A stretch of 49,919 bases of DNA from a bacterium BMS3Abin15. GTDB lineage: Bacteria; Patescibacteriota; Minisyncoccia; Moranbacterales; 2-12-FULL-40-10. The notes beneath the pieces are model-generated. The model saw nothing but the letters and a program-made list of their open reading frames with translations. It ran no database searches and was not told the DNA's origin. Position numbers and translations under genes: made by a program. The DNA lies in assembly GCA_002923195.1 (NCBI GenBank), contig BDTH01000047.1, positions 1-49,919 on the forward strand, in the 5' to 3' direction. Shown here one piece after another: positions 43,846-49,919 of this stretch; the stretch's first letter is position 1; each line of letters starts with the position of its first letter.

Positions 43846-44970
43846 TTATTTTTTCTTCACTATAAAACTTTTTGATTCCTTGTCAATTGTTTTTGTTTTT
43901 TCCGCATCTTTCCTCACTGGGTAGGGGAGAGAGCCAAGGATATTTCTCAATGCGACGCCGTTGACTTTCAAAACGTCATTCCATTTTCCCAGTGGCTCAA
44001 GAATGGCCTTTAATTTATCCTCATCATACTTATAAGTCTTACGCAGAGTGCGGGCGATAATTCCATCCTCGCCAAAAACCCTCTCTACTCCTTCCTGATC
44101 CATATATTGCGAAATTTTTCCCTGTAGCTCGGCCAATTTGTTTTTGGAAACGCCCAAGGCGGATTTTATATTCAAATATTCTTCTATCGTTTTATTTATT
44201 TCTTCGCTGTCTATTTTCCGCTGTTCTTTAAATTTATGCTTCCACATCGGACACCTGTCTTGATAACCGCACCAGCCACAAAGAGGGGAGACGACGGGTT
44301 CAAATTTTCCTGATTCTATTTCTTTTATAACATCTAAAAACAATTGCTCACTTTTTTGTAGTTGTTCCCTAGTTCTTTGTGAGCTTAGCTTTACCCCGTG
44401 TTTCAAGTAATATAAGCTGACATTTATTTTATCCAAACGCTCAGCTTCTTTAGGATATCTTTTTAGAAATCCCTGAAGGTAAATTGAAAGCTGAAGATCA
44501 TTATCCACTTTTTCCTGTGAGGGCATTTTTTTGGTGGTTTTGTAATCAATAACTTCATAACCGTCTTCTGTTTTATCAATGCGGTCAATAATGCCTGGCA
44601 CATCATGCTTATTATCATCAGGGCCTATTTCTATTTCAAATCTGGACTCCAAATCTACGATATTGGATTTAGCCGGATCATTTTTTTGATAATAATTTTG
44701 AATTATCTGAACTCCCTGGGAAAACGCTGCTCGCTCTTCTGCTTCATCTTTGAAAATTTCACTGTTCCAATTTTTGGAAAAATAATCCAAGGCTTGCTCT
44801 AAAGTGGGGGAGAGAATGCCGGGAGTATGGATGAATTTCATTGTAGCGTGAATCACACTGCCAAAAACAGCTTCCTTTGATTTAGGCTCCTTAATTTTAT
44901 CAATTTCTTTAAACTTGTACTTTAGAGGACAAGTCTGATAGGTGTTTAATGCGGAGTAAGATATGCGCAT
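43846..44970 (-). CDS. PD-(D/E)XK nuclease (RecB/AddB C-terminal type) with Fe-S staple and C-terminal helical extension
   Basis: SYSALNTYQTCPLKY, GIIDRID, IDYKT, QLSIY, CGWCGYQDRC. Confidence 0.88.
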   Translation of the reverse strand: MRISYSALNTYQTCPLKYKFKEIDKIKEPKSKEAVFGSVIHATMKFIHTPGILSPTLEQALDYFSKNWNSEIFKDEAEERAAFSQGVQIIQNYYQKNDPAKSNIVDLESRFEIEIGPDDNKHDVPGIIDRIDKTEDGYEVIDYKTTKKMPSQEKVDNDLQLSIYLQGFLKRYPKEAERLDKINVSLYYLKHGVKLSSQRTREQLQKSEQLFLDVIKEIESGKFEPVVSPLCGWCGYQDRCPMWKHKFKEQRKIDSEEINKTIEEYLNIKSALGVSKNKLAELQGKISQYMDQEGVERVFGEDGIIARTLRKTYKYDEDKLKAILEPLGKWNDVLKVNGVALRNILGSLPYPVRKDAEKTKTIDKESKSFIVKKK

Positions 44971-45039
44971 AATATTAGTATAAAGTATAAAGTAGAATGT
45001 ATAAAGTATAGTATATCTTAATAAAGGAAAAAGCGACCA

Positions 45040-45378
45040 TTAATTCATGGTCGCTTTTGCCGCTTCTGTAATTTCTATGGGGTTACCATTTTCTGTAACG
45101 TGAAAGACTCGCGTTGCGTCGTTACTTATCTTCTTGATTATTTCTTCCGCCTTTTCCGTGACTACCATGCAGTGAGCTTTTTTGACATTTTTGTCTTCGA
45201 CGATTGCCCAGTTATACTCCTTGCTTAGCTCTTCTGCTATCTGCCAGGAATAGATATAAAGGTAAGTTAGATACTTTCCAAGTGTCAACGGTTTCCATGT
45301 CCACAGAATAGCTACATTTTCATCAACGTCTTCATTTGAACGGAAAAGTCCCTTTGTTACAAATATACGAGAAATCAT
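45040..45378 (-). CDS. Hypothetical protein, 112 aa
   Basis: AAGGAGGG SD; normal globular composition. Confidence 0.7.
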   Translation of the reverse strand: MISRIFVTKGLFRSNEDVDENVAILWTWKPLTLGKYLTYLYIYSWQIAEELSKEYNWAIVEDKNVKKAHCMVVTEKAEEIIKKISNDATRVFHVTENGNPIEITEAAKATMN

Positions 45379-45470
45379 ATTCCCCTCCTTATATGTTGTT
45401 TTTAAATTAACTATTATAACCTAGGCATTATATATTAAAATTAAGGTTTTGTTAATAGCTAAAATTAATT

Positions 45471-45510
45471 AAATATAAGGGTGTTCTGAATTCAGAACAC
45501 CCTTATATTT
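45471..45510. repeat. Perfect 40-bp palindrome (possible terminator)
   Basis: AAATATAAGGGTGTTCTGAA|TTCAGAACACCCTTATATTT. Confidence 0.85.
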
Positions 45511-45524
45511 TTGCGACTTTCTTT

Positions 45525-45602
45525 TTAGCGCTTTATCCTTTTGTGACCTTCTATTGTCTTACGGTCACATTTCTTTGTAGCGGCTTTTTTCTTGGCGGCC
45601 AT
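45525..45602 (-). CDS. Putative 25-aa basic micropeptide (not in ORF track)
   Basis: MAAKKKAATKKCDRKTIEGHKRIKR*; AGGGG upstream but spacing is long. Confidence 0.35.
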   Translation of the reverse strand: MAAKKKAATKKCDRKTIEGHKRIKR

Positions 45603-45734
45603 TCTTTTTCATATCCCCCTATAGTAGATTTTTTTTAATATCCACTTATGTAGATATTACCCAGTAAAGGTACCACAATCCAGGATGATTTAATTATAAC
45701 ACATATGAAGAAATTGCATAGCGGTCACACTTGA

Positions 45735-45802
45735 CCCCATAGTGAAAATTTGAATAATTTTATTATCTTTGGGCAGGGCCCGTTCAAATTTCTACTACGG
45801 GG
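45735..45802. mobile_element. MITE-like element (CCCCGTAGT subfamily) in the -35 box of the Rrf2 operon promoter
   Basis: CCCCATAGTGAAAATTTGAA ... TTCAAATTTCTACTACGGGG; exact TTGA/TTGA flanks. Confidence 0.85.
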
Positions 45803-45831
45803 TTGACGTGTTTTCAAAGTATGTGTATAAT
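45803..45831 (+). promoter_or_regulatory. Sigma70 promoter of Rrf2-iscS-iscU
   Basis: TTGACG-17 nt-TATAAT. Confidence 0.75.
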
Positions 45832-45869
45832 CCTAATACATACTAATTTAGTAGGAGATAACCAATATT

Positions 45870-46250
45870 ATGAAATTTTCCACCAAAGCTGAATACGGAC
45901 TTCGAGCTATGGTCAATCTGGCCTCTGCTTTTCCTGGCGTAAAAAATGTTAAGGAAATTTCCGAAGAGGAAGGAATTTCGTTGAAATATCTTGAGCGCCT
46001 TGTAGGAGTCTTGAGAAAAAACAAACTGATAAAAAGCTTTAAGGGAAAGCAAGGCGGGTATGTTTTAGTCAGGAAGCCGGAAAGCATAAAAGTAGGGGAG
46101 ATTATAGAAATCTTGGAAGGTCCGATTGCTCCGACGAAATGCGAGTCATGTTGCATTGAGAACAAGTGCTCGTCCAGTTTTGTCTGGATTAAGTTGGGTA
46201 AGGAAATAAAAAAAACCCTGGATGGCATTAGGTTAAGCAATTTAATGTAA
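45870..46250 (+). CDS. Rrf2-family (IscR/CymR-like) transcriptional regulator
   Basis: STKAEYGLRAM, ISLKYLERL, GKQGGY, EILEGP; CESCC cluster. Confidence 0.92.
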   Translation: MKFSTKAEYGLRAMVNLASAFPGVKNVKEISEEEGISLKYLERLVGVLRKNKLIKSFKGKQGGYVLVRKPESIKVGEIIEILEGPIAPTKCESCCIENKCSSSFVWIKLGKEIKKTLDGIRLSNLM

Positions 46251-46251
46251 C

Positions 46252-46327
46252 TACGAAATTACAAAACAATACAAAAATACAAAAATTTGCGAGATTTGTA
46301 AATTTGTAAAAGATTTGTAAGTTTGTA
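46252..46327. repeat. TACAAAT/ATTTGTA heptamer inverted array
   Basis: Several TAC(A/G)AA(A/T) units followed by (A/G)TTTGTA units; also at 46620-46671 and 47585-47666. Confidence 0.75.
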
Positions 46328-46344
46328 GGGGAATAACTTTAGTT

Positions 46345-47580
46345 ATGAATAAGCGAATATATTTAGACTATGCGGCTACGACACCGGTAGATTCAAAGGT
46401 GTTTCAGGCTATGAAGCCGTATTTTATGGAAAAATATGGCAATCCTATGTCAGTCCACGGATTCGGGCAAGAATCCTTAGAGGCTATGGATAAAGCGCGA
46501 ACTCAAGTGGCGGAATTTCTTAATTGTTCTCCATCGGAGGTAATTTTTACCTCTGGCGCCACGGAAAGCAATAACTTGGTGGTTAAAGGCGTCATCAGAT
46601 CTTATTATTCAAAATTCCCTACAAATTACAAATCTGGCACAAATATACAAATTACGAATAAAAAATTTGTAATACCACATATAATCACTACCAGATTTGA
46701 ACATCATTGTGTGCTTGATGCCTGCAAAAGAATGGAAAATGATAAGTTGGCCGAAATAACTTATTTGACGGTTAGCAAAGACGGAGTAATACGAGTAGAA
46801 GATGTTAAGAAAGCTATCAGGCCGAATACGATTTTAATTTCCATGATGTATGTAAATAACGAGATAGGAACTGTCCAGCCGATTGCCGAAATAGGGAAGT
46901 TAATTAAAAAATATTATCCGCGATTAATTTTTCATACGGATGCTACTCAGGGAGCGAACTATTTTGACTGCGACGTGAATAATCTGGGGGTTGATTTATT
47001 GTCAATGTCAGCCCATAAAATCTACGGACCTAAAGGAATAGGCATGCTTTATGTCAAGACCAATACTCCTATTCGGCGCGTTCAGGACGGCGGAGACCAG
47101 GAGTATAAAATGCGCTCTGGCACTCATAATGTTCCCGGAATAGTGGGGCTAGGAAAGGCAGTTTCAATGATTAGTGAGCAAAGGCCAAAGAATAAAGAAA
47201 TATTAAAACTACGTGATTATTTAATAAAAAGAGTTTTAGACGAAGTGTCTCATTCTCATCTCAATGGATCTAAGGCAAAAAGATCGCCCAATAATGCTAA
47301 CTTTAGATTTGATGATGTAGAAGGAGAAGGACTAGTGTTGTCTCTTGATATGGAGGGGATTGCAGCTTCTACCGGCTCCGCTTGTTCTTCAGGAGCACTA
47401 GAGCCGTCCCACGTTCTTCTATCACTAGGACTTAAACCAGAACAGGCTCACGGAAGCTTAAGATTGACTTTAGGCAAATATACCACTAAAAAAGATGTGG
47501 ATACCGCAATTGGTAAATTAAAAGAAATAATTAAGCGCCTCCGGAAAATTTCCGGAGGAGTAATGAAAGAATTCAATTAA
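46345..47580 (+). CDS. iscS: Cysteine desulfurase
   Basis: YLDYAATTP, FTSGATE, HTDATQ, SAHKIYGPKG, RSGTHN, STGSACSS. Confidence 0.95.
   Translation: MNKRIYLDYAATTPVDSKVFQAMKPYFMEKYGNPMSVHGFGQESLEAMDKARTQVAEFLNCSPSEVIFTSGATESNNLVVKGVIRSYYSKFPTNYKSGTNIQITNKKFVIPHIITTRFEHHCVLDACKRMENDKLAEITYLTVSKDGVIRVEDVKKAIRPNTILISMMYVNNEIGTVQPIAEIGKLIKKYYPRLIFHTDATQGANYFDCDVNNLGVDLLSMSAHKIYGPKGIGMLYVKTNTPIRRVQDGGDQEYKMRSGTHNVPGIVGLGKAVSMISEQRPKNKEILKLRDYLIKRVLDEVSHSHLNGSKAKRSPNNANFRFDDVEGEGLVLSLDMEGIAASTGSACSSGALEPSHVLLSLGLKPEQAHGSLRLTLGKYTTKKDVDTAIGKLKEIIKRLRKISGGVMKEFN
46620..46671. repeat. TACAAAT heptamer array inserted in frame in iscS
   Basis: Encodes TNYKSGTNIQITNKKFV between FTSGATESNN and HIITT. 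Confidence 0.7.
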
Positions 47581-47584
47581 CCCG

Positions 47585-47666
47585 CGAATTTACAAATCTT
47601 TTACAAATCTACAAATATTTCGCTAAAAGGAGTTTAAAATTTGTAAATTTGTATTCTAATTTGTAG
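47585..47666. repeat. TACAAAT/ATTTGTA heptamer inverted array between iscS and iscU
   Basis: TTTACAAATC x3 ... ATTTGTA x3. Confidence 0.75.
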
Positions 47667-47684
47667 ATTAGTGGGAGATATTAT

Positions 47685-48080
47685 ATGAAATATTCAAAAA
47701 AAGTTCTAGAGCATTTTACTCACCCGCGCAATCAGGGAAGAATAAGAAATGCCGATGGGGTAGCCACTGTCGGTAATCCTGTTTGCGGTGACATAATGAA
47801 AATTTACATCAAAATTGGAGAAAATAAAAAAGGAGAAAAAATTCTGGAAGATATAAAATTTGAGACTTTGGGCTGTGGAGCGGCTGTAGCCACCTCTTCA
47901 ATGGTGACAGATCTGGCGAAAGGGGAGACTATTGAAAAAGCGCTGAAAATTAGCCGCCAGGATGTTTCCAAGGAGCTTCAAGGGCTTCCGCCGACTAAGG
48001 AACACTGCAGCAACTTAGCTGCTATAGCCTTACATGATGCTGTAAAAAATTATAAAGATAAATTAAAAAAGAAGAAATAA
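47685..48080 (+). CDS. iscU: Fe-S cluster scaffold (IscU/NifU N-terminal)
   Basis: YSKKVLEHF, GNPVCGD, FETLGCG, KEHCSNLA. Confidence 0.93.
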   Translation: MKYSKKVLEHFTHPRNQGRIRNADGVATVGNPVCGDIMKIYIKIGENKKGEKILEDIKFETLGCGAAVATSSMVTDLAKGETIEKALKISRQDVSKELQGLPPTKEHCSNLAAIALHDAVKNYKDKLKKKK

Positions 48081-48081
48081 A

Positions 48082-48128
48082 AAACACCGCTCTTGTTTGC
48101 TAGGGAATAGCGGAAAGGGCGGTATTTT
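48082..48128. terminator. Imperfect bidirectional terminator
   Basis: AAAACACCGCTC ... GGGCGGTATTTT between convergent genes. Confidence 0.5.
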
Positions 48129-48193
48129 AATATATTTAGTACGTCGCACATTGTATATTATGCGACGTTGTATGTTTTCCTTATACAGAGCCA

Positions 48194-48802
48194 CTATATG
48201 GCCTTGTAATTGTAATAATTATTTAATTCCTCCTTAAATTCGCTTTCGTTTATAATTTTCCAGTTAGTAGGCATTTTACCAACACCTTCCCTTCTGTTAT
48301 TCCAGTTGTTAAATTTTTTCGAATCAATCTTATTGTATTTCTTTTCCTTTAAGTTTATATTTTTAATAAGAGTTCTGACATCATTTGTCTTTACGACATC
48401 AATAGCGAAATTATGCGGCTTAGCATATACATAGAAATCATACCTGCTCTTTGAATTGTAGTTTATGTTATAAGTATCAACGGGTCTCTCGATGTGGATA
48501 AATTTTTCATCAAATTTTTCTAACAATATATTAAGGACTTCTGTTTCGTATTTTCTCGCGTTTATATTTGATTGAGTCGCTATTTTCGAGCGATTATCCC
48601 CTATTGAATAATTGTCAATTGAAAGTCCTAATCTCTTGCGTAATTTAATTAATCCGCCAAACCTTCTTTGTATTTGTCTTGCGGACGGTAAAAATTCAAA
48701 ATCATCAACATCGTATGCTGTTGGATAACGACCATGAATTTCAAAAAACTTTTCAAAACCTTCTTTGATTTTTTCAATTGTCCATTTTTCTTTTTGTGGC
48801 AT
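48194..48802 (-). CDS. Putative endonuclease: homing-endonuclease-associated-repeat-like N-terminus plus PD-(D/E)XK-like C-terminus
   Basis: GRYPT...LPSARQIQRRFGG resembles HNH-associated repeats; RYDFYVY...FAIDV resembles a restriction-fold catalytic motif. Confidence 0.5.
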   Translation of the reverse strand: MPQKEKWTIEKIKEGFEKFFEIHGRYPTAYDVDDFEFLPSARQIQRRFGGLIKLRKRLGLSIDNYSIGDNRSKIATQSNINARKYETEVLNILLEKFDEKFIHIERPVDTYNINYNSKSRYDFYVYAKPHNFAIDVVKTNDVRTLIKNINLKEKKYNKIDSKKFNNWNNRREGVGKMPTNWKIINESEFKEELNNYYNYKAI

Positions 48803-48856
48803 GCTTGATTATAGTCGATTCGCAAAATCTACTTTATTTCCGGTAAGTAATTTTTA

Positions 48857-48903
48857 CCCGCCTTGGGCGGGAAATAAGTAATTCTTGTCCGCCTTAGGCG
48901 GGA
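48857..48903. repeat. Tandem CCGCCnnnGGCGG hairpins in an AATAAGTA-repeat context
   Basis: CCCGCCTTGGGCGGG-AAATAAGTAATTCTTG-TCCGCCTTAGGCGGGA; same context as 355-410. Confidence 0.7.
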
Positions 48904-48936
48904 AATAAGTATTTTAATAAGTATTATAATACTTAC

Positions 48937-49917
48937 CTAGGGTAAATAGTAATAAGGATTAATACTACCGCCCGTAGGGATTTCTAATCCATTAATGTAT
49001 GATATTCCAAATGTATTCTCTGCAAATACGGTAAAATGCAAGTGTGGTCCAGTTGAGGATCCAGCATTGGGATCCCCCATTCTTCCTCCAGATGTTGCGA
49101 TTTTTTTTCCCCTTTTTACCTTTTCTCCTTCAGAAGCTGATATTTTACTTAAATGAGCATATAAAGTAGCTAGTCCATCTCCATGATCAATTACCATCCA
49201 TTTACCATAAGCCCATGTTCCATTATTTCCTGTTGCCAATACCTTTCCTGATTTTGGTGCGTATACTTTTTCATAATTAATTCCAAAATCAACTCCATTA
49301 TGAAAATCGTACCAATCTGTCCATGTGGCCTCGCCATATCCTTGCGTAATACGAACATTTTTTACCGGGTACTCTAGATAGCCATTCTTGAATTTAGGTA
49401 ATTTACTGAAATCTATATCCCCTAGCTTACCATATTCAATATCTTTAATTTTTCGCAGGATTTCCATTTGTTGTGCTTTGACCTTCTGAAGTCGAGCTTG
49501 GTATCTGGCCTCATCCCCCTGAGTCTGAACCAGTAATAGGTTTTTTTGCGCTTTACCAGCTTCTAAGTCAGCGTTGCTTTCTTTAAGTTGATATTTTAAG
49601 TCAGTTACTCCACTTTTCTTTTCTTCAACTTCTTTTTTATTGTTCTCCATTTCGGTTTTTATGGCTATGATGCTGGATAACATTTCCCGCACCCCGTCGC
49701 CTACTTGAACAATTCGATCCTCTTCTGACATAAACTGGGAAAATCCGCTGTCCTTCATCATAGTATTGAAAACATTCTGCTTATTGTATTCATAGTAGGC
49801 CCTTATCAATTCCGATAAGACCTTTTTTTGGACGACGATTAACTCTTCCTTTTCTTTAATTTTATTCTCTAAATCACCTATTTTATTAGTAAAGCTTTCT
49901 ATTTTTCCTTCGCTAAC
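48937..49917 (-). CDS. M23 peptidase with N-terminal coiled coil (EnvC-like); 5' end beyond window
   Basis: FHNGVDFG, TLYAHLS, STGPHLHF; frame stays open to the window edge. Confidence 0.9.
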   Translation of the reverse strand, partial: VSEGKIESFTNKIGDLENKIKEKEELIVVQKKVLSELIRAYYEYNKQNVFNTMMKDSGFSQFMSEEDRIVQVGDGVREMLSSIIAIKTEMENNKKEVEEKKSGVTDLKYQLKESNADLEAGKAQKNLLLVQTQGDEARYQARLQKVKAQQMEILRKIKDIEYGKLGDIDFSKLPKFKNGYLEYPVKNVRITQGYGEATWTDWYDFHNGVDFGINYEKVYAPKSGKVLATGNNGTWAYGKWMVIDHGDGLATLYAHLSKISASEGEKVKRGKKIATSGGRMGDPNAGSSTGPHLHFTVFAENTFGISYINGLEIPTGGSINPYYYLP

Positions 49918-49919
49918 CT

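Noticed and set aside
43846-44970. Cas4
   Set aside because: The motifs fit the generic RecB/AddB-type PD-(D/E)XK family; there is no cas1/cas2 or array nearby.
1387-45843. Numerous short antisense or overlapping ORFs in the track (e.g. 1387..1623, 4169..4456, 6358..6717, 9896..10339, 16518..16919, 34757..35140, 42482..42970)
   Set aside because: They are shadows of well-supported genes on the other strand or frame, with no motifs or SD.
1-49919. tRNA, rRNA, tmRNA, RNase P RNA
   Set aside because: No cloverleaf with a T-loop (GTTCRA) and D-loop pattern, and no rRNA or RNase P signature, was recognised by eye. A covariance-model scan would be needed to exclude divergent copies.
1-49919. Alternative genetic code (TGA reassignment, code 25)
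   Set aside because: Conserved genes end at TGA at the expected length (e.g. tyrS) and long ORFs are uninterrupted under code 11.

Overview
AT-rich, code-11 bacterial window whose gene content and style suggest a Patescibacteria/CPR (Parcubacteria-like) genome; the taxon is an inference. In order it contains: the 3' end of an IS3/IS481-type integrase-core transposase, tyrS and a six-gene microprotein operon; a ~29 kb cell-surface glycosylation region (GT4 x5, GT2 x2, GT-C/PMT-like x4, flippases, O-antigen-ligase-like, nucleotide-sugar dehydrogenase, LCP) that also holds a divergent RtcB and a dTMP-kinase-like gene; ctpA, purF, rplI, pyrG, rpmA and divergent purE-purC; small accessory genes, a frameshifted NUDIX, an orphan PAS kinase and a PD-(D/E)XK nuclease; Rrf2-iscS-iscU, a putative endonuclease and an M23 peptidase. 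The main signal outside the gene list is a family of 68-150 bp elements with CCCC...GGGG inverted termini and 4-bp T-N-N-A flanking duplications. Four copies sit in frame inside enzymes and add ~28-39 aa peptides, two sit in the TTGA of sigma70 -35 boxes, and others overlap start or stop codons. At least five other short palindrome families have also entered coding sequence in frame. No tRNA, rRNA or CRISPR array was recognised.
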